Counted from the stretch's first letter, positions 13,309-26,789 are shown. The stretch: 64,000 bases of DNA from Tubiluchus corallicola (GCA_030141605.1 JAQGDQ010000456.1:26672-90671); one strand, 5' to 3'. Program-made: numbers and translations. The notes: generated from the letters alone by a model not told the origin.

Positions 13309-13473
13309 AAAGAAGCTACTGACTTGCTGTGGAAGGGACTGCAACTTTTATCTGAAATGGGACCCAGCCAGACGAACAATTCGATTTGCAATTTGTCACG
13401 TGGGCTGAGGTGCAAGCTGAGTCACGTCAAGATAAATCACGTCAAGCAAACAAAAGAAAACGGTAATCTTACG

Positions 13474-14245
13474 CTAGAGGGAGCCACTTATGACGTCATC
13501 AGAACTAGCGCACTATGGTACAAATGTAGATGTTCACCTTTTTGATGAAATCTTTAGAGGTAATCTAGGAATGACTATACAGGGTTTTAATTCAGGGTAT
13601 AAACAGTTAATATAAGAATACTAAGACGGAAACATCACACATAGAGGGAGCCACTTATGACGTCATTAGAACCATCGCACTGCGGCACAAATGTGGATGT
13701 ACTTCATTGCTCCACTTTTTTGATAAAATCTTTAGAGGTAATCTAGGAATCACTATATAGGATTTTAATTCAGGGTATAAACAGTTAATATAAGAATACT
13801 AAGACGGAAACATCACACATAGAGGGAGCCACTTATGACGTCATCAGAACCATCGCACTGTGGCACAAATGTGGATGTTCACTTTTTTGATAAAATCTTT
13901 AGAGTAGGGTAGTCTAGGAATGACTATATAGAGGCTTAATTTTTTATTTATTCGGGGTATAGGCAATTAACGTATGGAGATACTAAAGCGGAAACATCAC
14001 ACATAGAGGGAGCCACTTTTGATACTAACCATCTCCTCTGTACTGTTTAGCTGTAATTTTACGTTCTAGACATTGTCTTTTATTTTACGATGTTTTAGAC
14101 TGGACATTCACAAGTCTCTTTACATTTGTTCGTAGATGTATTATAAATAAACAAGTAAATAATTCAAAATTCAAAAATGTAATTTAACCCTAGAGGAAGC
14201 CACTTATGACGTCATCAGAACTAGCGCACTGCTGCACAAATGTGG
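13474..14245. repeat. ~170-185-bp degenerate tandem repeat carrying TGACGTCA
   Basis: TAGAGGGAGCCACTTATGACGTCA-type block at about 13475, 13642, 13820, 14004 (partial) and 14191. Confidence 0.85.
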
Positions 14246-14669
14246 GTTCATTTCACACGACGTTACAATGGGAAACGTTGCGAGGAAAACTTAATTAAGA
14301 CTCAACACCAACACAAATAAATTCGCGTCTTTTCGCAATCCCCAGAATAATGGCGGGTCTTTATTATGCGAGCGTCAATCTGTTTTTGCCGTTGCTCAGC
14401 ACAATTGAAAGTTTACAGTCAACCCGACTACAAATCGTCGGATTAGGGAGCCGAAATGAATGCTGCTGGCAATGTTAGCCACCTGAATTGAATTGATCCG
14501 TCACCATACCGCGCTATACAAGTAGCTTACGTCTATTTTCAAGCCATTGTACCTACATCCGTTAATGGACTGACTTCTGTATTTGTGAAAATGGAAGACT
14601 GATGGTGAAAACTGTCAGTGTTAGTAGATCACGTGACCCGTTCTGCTGCTATAGTCGCAGTCCACATTG

Positions 14670-15450
14670 CTGTGTTTAGATAAAGGTTTCTCCTGTTGGA
14701 ATTTTTTCATACGAGCACAGGGGTTGGGGATAAATAACTACTGTGTTTAGATAAAGGTTTCTCCTGTTGGAATTTTTTCATACGAGCACAGGGGTTGGGG
14801 ATAAATAACTACTGTGTTTAGATAAAGGTTTCTCCTGTTGAAATTTTTTCATACGAGCACAGGGGTTGGGGATAAATAACTACTGTGTTTAGATAAAGGT
14901 TTGTCCTGTTGGAATTTTTTCATACGAGCACAGGGGTTGGGGATAAATAACTACTGTGTTTAGATAAAGGTTTGTCCTGTTGGAATTTTTCATACGAGCA
15001 CAGGGGTTGGGGATAAATAACTACTGTGTTTAGATAAAGGTTTGTCCTGTTGGAATTTTTTCATACGAGCACAGGGGTTGGGGATAAATAACTACTGTGT
15101 TTAGATAAAGGTTTCTCCTGTTGGAATTTTTTCATACGAGCACAGGGGTTGGGGATAAATAACTACTGTGTTTAGATAAAGGTTTCTCCTGTTGAAATTT
15201 TTTCATACGAGCACAGGGGTTGGGGATAAATAACTACTGTGTTTAGATAAAGGTTTCTCCTGTTGGATTTTTTTCATACGAGCACAGGGGTTGGGGATAA
15301 ATAACTACTGTGTTTAGATAAAGGTTTCTCCTGTTGAAATTTTTTCATACGAGCACAGGGGTTGGGGATAAATAACTACTGTGTTTAGATAAAGGTTTCT
15401 CCTGTTGGAATTTTTTAATACGAGCACAGGGGTTGGGGATAAATAACTAC
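14670..15450. repeat. 71-bp tandem repeat, 11 copies
   Basis: Unit CTGTGTTTAGATAAAGGTTTCTCCTGTTGGAATTTTTTCATACGAGCACAGGGGTTGGGGATAAATAACTA. Confidence 0.95.
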
Positions 15451-15776
15451 AGTGTCATGTGCTGCCATATTTTAGCCCTTGGATGAAGCCTACATTTAAA
15501 TTTGTTAGCCTGTAATTACATACTCAGGTGATTCCATCTGTTTAAGCTCAATTTGATGACTTGGTAAATGATCTGTATCTGCAGTTTGCTGATGCTTGAA
15601 AGATTTAAGATTAAATTTGAAAGACCAATGTTATAACGTTTAGCAAACCAATGTGAAATTTGAAGTTTTATTTGGGACATTCCTTCAGTTACAACTGTGT
15701 TAACATTTTCATGCAAAACAAGGAATTGTGAGTTTGACTGCAACTAGTTTAACTACGTCCTAGATGCTCTCTCTCC

Positions 15777-15850
15777 CTCACTCACTCACTCACTCACTCA
15801 CTCACTCACTCACTCACTCACTCACTCACTCATTCACTCATTCACTCATT
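15777..15850. repeat. (CTCA)n microsatellite
   Basis: Direct reading. Confidence 0.95.
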
Positions 15851-16446
15851 TGTCTAATTGTAATGTAATTTTCGTCGTACTTTCTGATTAGATGCATTGT
15901 TTTACACAGAGGCATTACCACTAGCAGCTTTAGTCATCAAATGTTGACGATACAGAAGAGCAGAAGGGGCAGAAATGACCTTGAACTTAAACTTCTCTCC
16001 TATTCTTACTCTAGTACTCGACATTGTCCAGGAAAATACTACTTAACACACTTGTCACGTGATAATAGAACTGATGTACGACTACACACTTTTTACGACG
16101 TGCGCAGCTTGCACTTGGCTTCTTATGACACTGATCAATCCTGATAAGTAATAAGTTTATGGTGTCAAAGCCTGCAAAAAGCCTCTTTTCTGTCTCAGCA
16201 TCGATTTTGTGCCTTATATTAATTTTTACCTCAAGTCTAGTAATATTCTTAGCGCAGAGAGTAGTTGGGGGGGGGGGGGGGTGTCCAAACTTGATTTTAC
16301 ACTAAATTGTTACTGCAAAGACTTTTCACTCAGAAGAGGAAGGAAATTATTAAAGGAAAAGCATACCAAATTTTTAACTATAACTCAACATAATCTACCC
16401 TATAAAATATTGAAAGGGAAAAACTATTTTTTAGAGGTACTAATAC

Positions 16447-16912
16447 TTAAAGGAAAACCGGATCCAGTCTTCAACTGTAGGTCAAAACAATCTACTGCTT
16501 CAAATATTGAAAGGAAACATACTATTTTTTCAAAAATGATTTACGTGAAAAAATGATTACCACACAAACAAGTTTCAGGTTCGCGCCACTAGTTCTTCAC
16601 TGTTACATGCAGTTCGCCATTTGCTAGATAGACGAGCACCAGCGTTTGCATTTTGAGAACGCATTGCGCAAAAAAACAGGTGCTGTACCTCTCAGTTCAG
16701 ATATGTTAGTTTGAAATTTGAATTTTTATCTTAAAGCTTACCTAGTTCTAATACAGCACACTGAATATCTTACAGTAGCACTGTACTTCAATTTTTTAAT
16801 CTATAACTTAATTATCAGAAACGCTTTGGTATTTTCAAGTGTGTTAAAATGTATGCTTTTTATCAGACTTGAAAATGGGATAAGATATGAAAAATCATCC
16901 TGTTTTCCTTGA
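16447..16912 (+). mobile_element. Family A TTAA-flanked element, internally deleted
   Basis: TTAA-AGGAAAACCGGAT left end; ATCCTGTTTTCCT-TGAA right end. Confidence 0.75.
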
Positions 16913-16981
16913 AGTGATGTGATTAAATACATTTACATTAGATTTTAATGTTTCTTCTTAATGTTTTTCTGCTGGTTTCAG

Positions 16982-17173
16982 ATTGAAAAGTGGCCGTTTT
17001 GCACGGATTCCTGCAGCCCTCAAAGCAAAAGAGGCGAATATTTGCAACTGTGCGCCTCCATCAACAACAACAAAGGCGTGGCGCCAAAACTTACTCGATC
17101 CAGCGTCGGTGCCAATAAACGAGGAGATAAATATGAATATTCGTCTTCGGGAAATCTCCTTCTTTCCACAAAG
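16982..17173 (+). CDS. Exon 2 of the SAARP/CARP4-like gene
   Basis: Acceptor TTTCAG|, donor AAG|GTAAGT, 192 nt, phase 0-0. Joins exon 1 as ...KINIQ|IEKWPFCTDSC...KRGEYLQL, matching the family motif GTVKFNI.I..W.FC...GEYL. Confidence 0.85.
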
Positions 17174-17367
17174 GTAAGTGTTTAAAGCGTCTGTCAGTTG
17201 CAGACAACCTCTTTGCCGTTTATAGGTTTATATCACAAAGAAGCAGCCAATGGGATTTTTGTCCATTATTAGACTCACAATTCATTGAACATTCCGTTGC
17301 AAATACAGAAATAAGTAAAAACGTTTCGTCTTACAGAAAAACTGCAGCAAGTTGACTACATTTGTAC

Positions 17368-17701
17368 TAGGGGTGAGCATCGAACGCTCAAATTCGATTC
17401 GAACGAGTTTTTTTAGTTCGAACTCGATTCGAATCCAAAACTATAGATTCGAATAATTCAGCACTTCAATCACATATGTTCCTGGTCATTAAATTGATTG
17501 AAACATCATACAATTAGCATAATTTAGCTGTGATTTCTGAGCACAACTTTAAACAAATTACTAGTCGTTTTATTGCAGAACAAAATCTAGTGATATGCAT
17601 GATCTTTGTAAGACTAATTTTTACTGGTGGTTCGAAAACTTGTTCGAAAATCGTTCAGTCTCAATTCGAATTCGGTTTCAGGTAGAGAATTCTCACCCCT
17701 A
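17368..17701 (+). mobile_element. hAT-type MITE (334 bp) with TTCGAA-rich subtermini
   Basis: TIR TAGGGGTGAG / CTCACCCCTA; perfect 8-bp TSD ATTTGTAC (17360-17367, 17702-17709); second copy at 59411-59808. Confidence 0.92.
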
Positions 17702-17966
17702 ATTTGTACAGCCAACAAGCAGCAGACGATGCTTTGACCAATGGTGCGCCTGGATTTCTGGATTACCAGACACTTTAACCAATAAAAAAATCACTACAGT
17801 CACTGTATCTCAATGCAGGAGCATAGGCCAATAGGACCGTACTTAGTGTTATGAAATTAGCTATCAAAAAATTATGAGTGTTAAAAGTGTTATGGGCATT
17901 TACAGAGAAAGTGTAGTAAAAGTTATAGAAGTCATCATATGAACGTTAGAACTATAATTATCTTGA

Positions 17967-18077
17967 ATTTTATCCTATTAAAAGTGTAGAATTCTTGCTA
18001 CCAGAGGGCACTGACTGTACGTCTGTGCCTATAACGTTTCTGATAGGAAAAATTCTACACTTTTAATGGGATAAAAT
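17967..18077. repeat. Short foldback (inverted repeat, ~27-38-bp arms)
   Basis: ATTTTATCCTATTAAAAGTGTAGAATT ... AATTCTACACTTTTAATGGGATAAAAT. Confidence 0.8.
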
Positions 18078-19177
18078 AGTTTTAATCGCCGTGTCTATAA
18101 CGTTTCGTAATGACGTAACTGCAGCACTTCAAGAAGAAAGTAAATCTGTTCTTTCCTGAAGTTTAGCTGTTTTTTGAAAGCTAATTAATTACTTTATTAA
18201 CACAATTAGCTGTATTAGTAATTCAGCCATGGTTTTAAGTGTTAAAGCCAGAATTAGTAAATATTAAGTGATTATGTTGACCAATACCAAGTCTAGCGGC
18301 TCGTAGAAGAGAGAAAAATATGCTGCTGTGGGTAATTCAGGTTACGGGTTCCACTCCCGACTGGCTCAATAATTTTCCAGCGTCCTCATCTTCTAATTTA
18401 CTTGTTGCTAAGGTAGCCGTGTTAAGTACAAGCTCTATTTCTGGCATATCACATTGTTCGGGGAAGCAGTCAAATGCTGATGCAGCGATGTTAAATTTTC
18501 ATTGCTGGAAGGCATGCTGTGTTGACATTCTATACTAGCATTGTATCCTTCCCACCAGGCAAAGTTGCAGCTGTCTTTACTGCTTTTATATGTGCTTTTA
18601 CTTAGTAATGTGCTTTTCTGTAACAATTAGTATGTTATTATAGACTGCACTGTACGCCTGCTTAGAGTATCAATCAGAAAAATTGAATTAACCCCCAATT
18701 TCCGAAAAGAAATCATCAATCTTTCTCAGAAGTACGTTTCCTTTTTTTGAATACTAAATTTGTGCATAAGCGTTCGTCAAAGTATTAATCGTGATATTTT
18801 TTAAACGTTTATTTTATATGCCGGAAAAATGAGCAATCTTTTTCGGTCTGCTGACGATGTTGTTTAGATAACTATCAAGGGTTAAAAGGGAAGCATTGGA
18901 TTGCGTGCGGGGGGATATTTGTGTTAGTAATAATATCGCCTGCCGGGTTTTCGTTCCTCTATTAAAAGGACATCTGTTTATGGCAGGGATACAATTAACA
19001 TGTCAGACATGCTGAAACATGGTTGAAATAAACAAGCTCTGTATTGAGTCATTAATGAATGACTTGTGTTAAAGATGCATTGTTTCGTGACATGAAACAT
19101 TGTTTGTGTGCCACGTATGAGTGGATTCATCTGTGAAAGTAGAAACGACGCTCAACTTCACGTAAATAGAAAATTAC

Positions 19178-19965
19178 GGTAAGTCATTACCATACCAATG
19201 CAGTAGATTTAGACAATGCACAACAACGTGCTTATTGTGGTAAGTCATTACCATACCAATGCAGTAGATTTAGACAATGCACAACAACGTGCTTATTGGG
19301 GTAAGTCATTACTATACCAATGGCATTAGACTTAGACAATGCACAACAACGTGCTTATTGGGGTAAGTCATTACTATACCAATGGCATTAGACTTAGACA
19401 ATGCACAACAACGTGCTTATTGGGGTAAGTCATTACTATATCAATGACATTAGACCTAGACAATGCACAACAACGTGCTCATTGCGGTAAGTTGTTAATA
19501 TATCAATGTCATTAGATTTACACAATACACAGCAACGTGCTTATTGTGGTAAGTTGTTAGCATTCCAATGGCATTAGACTTAGACAATGCACAACAATGC
19601 GCTTATTGTGGTAAGTCATTACCATACCAATGTCATTAGATTTACACAATGCACAACATTGTGCTTATTGTGGTAAGTCATTACCATACCAATACAATAG
19701 ATTTAGACAATGCACAACAACGTGCTTATTGGGGTAAGTCATTACTATACCAATGGCATTAGGCTTAGACAATGCACAACAACGTGCTTATTGGGGTAAG
19801 TCATTACTATACCAATGGCATTAGACTTAGACAATGCACAACAATGTTCTCATTGTGGTAAGTCATTGCCATACCAATGTCATTAGATTTACACAATGCA
19901 CAACATTGTGCTTATTGTGGTAAGTCATTACTATACCAATGTCATTAGATTTACACAATGCACAC
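19178..19965. repeat. 61-bp tandem repeat, ~13 copies, each starting GGTAAGT
   Basis: GGTAAGTCATTAC at 19178, 19239, 19300... Confidence 0.93.
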
Positions 19966-20036
19966 TCTGTATTTATAAATTTGTACTTCTAGTGCGATAT
20001 ATTTGTATTTAAGCTCCATTTCTAGCCAATATGTTT

Positions 20037-21137
20037 AAACAAAGCCGACAAAATCTTAAACTGTAGGTCAAAACAATCTACTCTTTAAAATATTTAGAGG
20101 AAACATACTATTTTTTTTCAGGAATGACTTACGTGAAAGAATTATTATCACACAAACACAATTTTACGTTCGCGCTACTAGTTCTTCGCTGTTACATGCA
20201 TTTCACCATTCACTAGCGCTGCATACGGGTACTAGCGCTGCATTTTGAAAACGCATTGTACAAGAAACAGATGCTGAACCTCTCAGTTCAGATGTGTTAG
20301 TTTATGTGGAAGTACACATGTTCGACAGCTCATGCGTGAGCACAGCGGTAAATTTGAAATTTGAATTTTCATCTTAAAACTTGCCTAGTTTTAGTACAAC
20401 ATACTGAATATCTTACAGTAGCACTGTACTTCAATTTTCGCTTTCGTAAACACGTGCAACACGCTTACTGAATATTTTTGCTATTGAAAATTATGTTAGT
20501 TTGTGATGTTATCAACAGTTGGGTTCGCCCACTGTTAATCAAGATTTTAATCTATTATTTAATTATAAGAAACACTTTTGCAGTGTTATTGGTGTTACAA
20601 TTTACACTTTTTATCGAACTTGAAAATGGAGTAGTATATGAAAAATCATCCTGTCTTCCTTTAAACTTTTCTTTAAAGGAAAAAGAAAAGAAAATGTTAA
20701 ATTATGCCCCAAAAAAATTTTCATGCAAATCTATATTACTTAACATTTCGCTTACCTGCTGGAAAGACTTATAGAAGAGAAAATTATTAGTTATTTAAAA
20801 TGTTTTCCCCAAATGGTAAAACCACTAACCAAAAAAACGTATTTTTTATCTTATTGACAAAATACAGTAATTTTACTTAGTTACTACGAATTGTGCACTA
20901 CGAATGTTCTGATTATTTTTTCAAACTTTACTCAGTGTTATATCTAAAGTTGTTTCAGATGACTTACCGTCAAAAAAGGTGCGTATAACGGTCATCGCGG
21001 GAGTTTAAATTTACAAGTTTTATACAGCGTTACTGCTGACGCAAGCTCTGCATGCAAAAAGACAGTACGTAAGTGGTGTAAAATTTCAAGACGAATTTTT
21101 AAGCTTTATCTAAGTGGAGGGTTTTCTTGTGCTTTAA
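20037..21137 (+). mobile_element. Family A element (~20037-20664) abutting family B element (~20670-21137)
   Basis: A ends ATCCTGTCTTCCT-TTAA (20664); B ends GTTTTCTTGTGCT-TTAA (21137); homology to the other copies. Confidence 0.75.
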
Positions 21138-21158
21138 CTGGCTCGACCTGGCGACGGC

Positions 21159-21176
21159 CGCGCCACCTGGTGGCGG
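21159..21176 (-). promoter_or_regulatory. CTCF-like motif (near-palindromic)
   Basis: Minus strand CCGCCACCAGGTGGCGCG matches the CTCF core consensus; binding untested. Confidence 0.45.
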
Positions 21177-21879
21177 TTGAGCGGTATTAAATTTTACAAC
21201 GGCACAGAGGAATGCAATCTTTACAATTTGAGCAGTTAAATCGATGAAAGTCTTGGTCTAATTATCCACTAACTGTGTCACACGCCGCCCGCCTTGATAA
21301 CCGACAGTAACATTGTTAGCAGCAGATGCTCTGATGTCATTAACTTCAATGAAATTAGTGGCTTCAATCCTGCATAGTCTTATTGGCTTCCTCTGTGTGC
21401 AATAATCAGCTTCTAATCCAGAGAAAATGAAGCCATTTCGAAAATCAAATTACACCTGCTGAATCTTCTCTGAACAGCCCACGTAGTTTCTCTTTCTCTG
21501 GAATCTGGTAAAGCGCCTCATTTTATACGAAGCACGAAGTTAACAGCCTGTCTGGAACTAGGCTTCTCGAGCAAAAGTGTTTATTTACGGATGCATGGAT
21601 CTGCCCTTGCAAACCTGTTTATAGTATACATTTAAATCCATGTAAACTAGTTTTGGATTCATTCCCAATTAGCCGTGTCATCACGTGCATATAGGCTTCC
21701 TTCTCAGAAGGTATACAGAGTTGTAATCTTGCCCAAATTTTTCTAGCTAGCTTGGGGTGTCATGCTGTCACGTAATGGCACTCCACCTACTCCTTATGGA
21801 GGATAATCCATAGCCAGCTACTTCCCTTTCTTACACGTTAAAAATATTACAAACGCTTCACGAATAACTTGAAAAATAG

Positions 21880-21996
21880 TAAATTTTATTGCGTTTTTAT
21901 TGCGAAAATCCAACGTTTTCACTGCACAAAAGCATTCTGACTGCCAGCGTGCAGCGGAAACGTTGTATTTTGCTAATAAAAATGTAATAAAATTTA
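21880..21996. repeat. Foldback with ~48-bp arms
   Basis: TAAATTTTATTGCGTTTTTATTGCGAAAATCCAACGTTTTCACTGCAC ... GTGCAGCGGAAACGTTGTATTTTGCTAATAAAAATGTAATAAAATTTA. Confidence 0.8.
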
Positions 21997-23607
21997 TTAT
22001 ACAGCGTGGTTTTTTTAAGAAGTGGACACGTTGTTGTTATTATAAATAATTTAAATACACTACCAAGAATTTTTTTCCAAATAAGGCCTAGGTGGTGGTG
22101 ATATAGAATCTATTTTCTACAACGCCCTGTAGGATTTATCTGCCAAAAGGGGATGAAAAATGTGACTCAATCCTTCTCTACTTAAGCTCCAATAGCGTCA
22201 GCTCTTTTCTATTACCGCTATTAGCGCGGCCATGTCACAGTAATCATAACAAATGAGCTTTTACCCATTTATTTCGTTATCAAGAAAAAGAGGCAAGCTT
22301 CCAAACTTTTACTGAGTAGATTAGAGACGTATATGTTGTTCACTAGGGACTTCCCTGAAAGCACCGGATTCACATAAACTGAAGTTCTTAAATCAAACTA
22401 TGTGATTTTGCAAAATTATAAAAGCCGTTATAGGTAAAAACCCATTTCCGTTAAATTTCACAAGTTTGCCTACTTTAGACGACAACGTGTCAAAGAAATA
22501 GTCCGGAAAGGTCTTACTAAATCCGCCACTGTGCGGAAAAGTTCGACTTTATTTCCGGAAATTTTGAAAGCCGCGCACGTTCGACGAAGCTCGTTGTGTA
22601 GAGAATAAAGTGGCTAATAGTATACCGACTAAGTAAATAAATTCATTAAGTTCTTTGCCAGAGAGTGTGATAAATTGCATAGAGGTCGAAGAAGAAGAAG
22701 AAAGACGATACATCTAGGAGCAGTAGTTGTACAAAACGGGTGTTTTTGGCCGAGATTTAGGCCCACGCCAGCCTATGGTAGCCACATCAATGGTTTACGA
22801 AAACTGAAGTTTTAGATGAAATTCTTTAACCTTTAACAGGCCAAGTTGGGGTAAAAAATTACCCCAGCTGTGTTTGCTCACATTTTTTCTACTGATGAAT
22901 CGAAACGAAAAAATATCAAACTAGCAGGGTATATTCAAAATATTCAGGTTATAGACAGAGTATAATGGATGACGTCAGAACAATGGCTTTGCATCAGCAG
23001 TTTTCTAAGCGAAAATTGCCAAAAATAGAACACCTAATTAACTCGTCGGTACTCCTCTTGGTGGACGTGTCCTAAAATGTAGCCCACACCATCGTATAGC
23101 CCTGTCCTTCCTCTTTCTAAAGAGCCATGTATCGCCTTCCGAGAGTCCCACCAGGCGCCGCTAGAACGTTTTTTCTGCAGGCTGTTTGACCAAAATTTCG
23201 AAAAAGTCTAGAGTTGGGTACGGGAAAATGCCCGTTACGGGACGCCGTGGACCCCTCGCAAATTCTAAATATGCCTGTGACACCCACCGCTGAACGGGCT
23301 TTTAAAGCGGATTAACAAACCAGTTATAGCTGATATAAGTCAGAAAAATTTTTTACAACGAAAAGATATCAAACTAGCAGTGATTTTTCGGTTCGTTTTT
23401 TTTTGAAAACTATTATTCATGCTTTTTTACAAAGCCCGAGTGCCAGGTACTACCAGGTCCTGTTGTGGGTACACCGTTTGGTCGTTTATGTAGGCAAAAT
23501 TTTTGAGTTTACATAGCAGAATTTTTATTTATGGCAACACCAAATGTTTACCTTGACAACTAAGAAGTACTGTGAACCTCCCAATTGCAGCCTGCAGTTC
23601 TGCATAG

Positions 23608-24075
23608 TAAAACCAGACGATTGATTAGACGCAATTTCATTTTAATTTACTGTGCAAAACATACATTTTCTTGTCTGTAAAAGCTATCAATTGTTTCTAA
23701 TATTTGAATAATTACCTTGGAAAGTTAATTAACGGCAGTTAATAATAGCTATCACTTACGTCACAAACCAACTACAGTTTGTGCAATGGTAGGCATCTTC
23801 CCTGCACATCAAGCACGTTAGCGATGATTGCTACAGGACGTTGGTGTGATGTCACGAAAATAATCTCTTCGTCATGCTGACGTCACAGACGAACACTGCA
23901 GTTTATGATCATGCTTATCACGGTACCGCCTTCTATTTGTCAGCCACGCGAATGTGACAAAAAGGCGCCACTGCCAATCTTAGTAGATTCACCGAGCCGC
24001 GAGTAGCTTTGAAAGTTTAACAAAATTTCAGTATCCGAGGTAATTATTATTTAATCTAAGCTTTGATTAAAAAAA
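23608..24075 (-). mobile_element. Family C element, diverged inverted copy of 54601-55137
   Basis: AAAACCAGACGATTG...ATTTCATTTTAATTTACTGT and GGCATCTTCCC, CCAATCTTAGTAGATTCAC are reverse complements of blocks in 54660-55130. Confidence 0.7.
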
Positions 24076-24657
24076 AGCTATTGTTACAATTTCAAGAACA
24101 TCTTTTGTTACAGATTCATCTCCTGAAATTGTCACGTGACACGTTTTTTATCCCATATTTCTGGAACTTTGCTTGAAAAGTGATCTGTCATTCTTAAATA
24201 TGAACGAGCTTCTCTGATTTCCTTCACAAAAATGGCGGTTTGATGCGTTTTCTCACGACGCTTTTTGTTATGCAGATTTTAGACATGAAGACAAAAGCGA
24301 TTAGAGTCGGGTGGCTTCGTTTTCCTGCAAAGGATAACCAAGGCTTTCGGCTGGCTTCAGTTATTTTCCAGGAATATTCCTGCTTTCCCGAGATTTCTAT
24401 ATTATTGGCTTTTTTATTACAAACATTTGTAGTTAAAGCACCGCAAGTTTATTAAAAGTTTTAATTTACATGGTTTCATGTCAAACGTTTCGACAGAGAA
24501 ATAGCTGTTATCATCAGTTGTAAATTTTACAAACATACAACCAGTTTATATAGGCAGAGTCTACAGTATAGAAAATTATGCACTAATTACATACCATTAA
24601 CAGAAGCCAAATAGATAATGAACGAATGCTTTCATTGCCTATTTTGATCAGAGTATC

Positions 24658-25055
<398 letters not shown>

Positions 25056-26004
25056 AATAAAACACATGATGTGTTATGCCATACTGTGTTAATACAATCA
25101 AAACGTCTTTACACAAGGGGGTATATTCTGGCCTGGAGGGGTATAGTCTGGTCTAGGCTATTTTGCAGCACGTTTACAGTTTGGCCTAGGACAGTTCATC
25201 CCACAGGGTACAATGTGGCCTGGTCCAAACAATGCCCAGGTTTAATCTGAGCAGGAGTACACTATGGCCTGTTACGCTGGGCATGCAAAACGGTTCTGTG
25301 GTGTAAATTAATGTTGTCCTCAATCTTGGAAATAAGCCCTTTCACAGCTCCAGCAATTGATGGTGATCGTGAAAAGGTCAAAGGTTAAGTGTACCAGACA
25401 ACGCATTTATGTACACTTGACAACGCCTCGCAGCCCACCCTATTGTAAAAGTAATAGTCTTAACAGCTAGCTAGAACCTTACCTAGTTCATTTTTTCTTG
25501 TTCCCAAGCAAGATCCTGTTAGTAAATCACTATGCGCACAGATTAATGTAATTATTATATATTAATTAATAATTAAGTAAAGTCCACGTAAACAACTGAA
25601 GTTATTGAAGTGATGCGGCAGACGGCTTTGCTTTACCTACGTGCCACGTGCCGGTTGTGGTTAAGACGCGTTGCTGTGGTACACTTAAAATTTGACCTAC
25701 AGCAACTCGCGCGTGCGCACAACGAAACTGTGAAAAGGCTTATTGGGTACCACAGTATTCATCTGCTGCCATAAAACGTCCCGGATGTCTGGCCTGTCTT
25801 TGCATCAACTATTTTGTTATTACCGTAAAGGCTTGTCACGTTAAGAGTAATTTATGGCGGACTTCTTATAGGTCGTTCAACTTGCTGACGTCAAACCCAC
25901 TAAAAGCTTTGTAGTTAATTAACATGACGTCATTCGACGAGGATTCCTTGATTATGATTCTAATAGACGCAGTTTAAAAGGAAGTTCTCCCTCCAATTTT
26001 CTGT

Positions 26005-26570
26005 TGAAACATAAGAAAACCCTCCACTTACATAAAGCTTAAAAATCGTCTTGAAATTTTATGCCACTTACGTACTGCCTTTTTGCCTGTAGGTTTGCTT
26101 CGGTAGTAACGCCGTATAAACATGTATAACTCCCACAACGACAGTTAAGATAAGTCATTTTAAACAAGTTTTGGTAACATTGCGTGAAGTTTGAAGAAAA
26201 TAATCAGAGCATTCGTAGCGCACACGTGACTAACTAAATAACATTTTAAATTATTTGTAAAAATATTAAAAATACGTTTTCTGGTTACTGAGTGCTGAAC
26301 CCTAGAGGATGAGTCAGCGACATTTTACCAACTGGTGAAAACATTTTAAATAATTAATAATTTTCTTTTCTAGTTACATAAGTCTTTCAAGCAGGTAAGC
26401 GAAATGCTAAAGAATTAACTTTGCACAGAAAGTTTTTTGGGACATAGTTTAACATTGCCTTTTCTTCCAATGATTTACGTTGTGCGTAGATGACGTCATG
26501 TAATGGCGCTGTTGGAACAACATTGCGGGAGATTTAAAATGAAAACAAACAAAAAATCGTCCAAGCATGA
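26005..26570 (-). mobile_element. Family B element, reverse orientation
   Basis: AAGAAAACCCTCCACTT and ATCAGAGCATTCGTAGCG are reverse complements of family B blocks. Confidence 0.65.
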
Positions 26571-26789
26571 GTGATCTCGACTTTAAAGTGATTTTACTGG
26601 TTGCACGAGGTGCTTATTGCAGTTTTATTACTAAATCTTTCTAGCATTTTTCGAGAACATTGAAATAAGCCTGACCTCGAAGAATGCTTGACTTTTCCTT
26701 TAAGAGCTGTTGCGTTGCAGGTTTTATTGATCTGAAACTTATTTATCATGGAAAATGTACCAGCAGCAGTAAATTTGTAATACTGACAC

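Noticed and set aside
18285-18538. tRNA gene, or third exon (CAG|GTTACG...) of the secreted-protein gene
   Set aside because: Only a B-box-like GGTTCCACTCC and no cloverleaf, at best a SINE relic; the peptide has no family motifs.
22891-22910. CTGATGA...GAAAC hammerhead-like core
   Set aside because: Only 3 nt between the boxes, so no stem II; the same problem applies at ~27072.
24276-24455. Possible terminal exon (ILDMK...LRFPAKDN...ISILLAFLLQ) for the SAARP-like gene
   Set aside because: Acceptor and phase fit and the tail is hydrophobic, but the MP.G.P and DP motifs are missing and it overlaps a probable transposon end (CGTTTTCCT). Needs RNA evidence.
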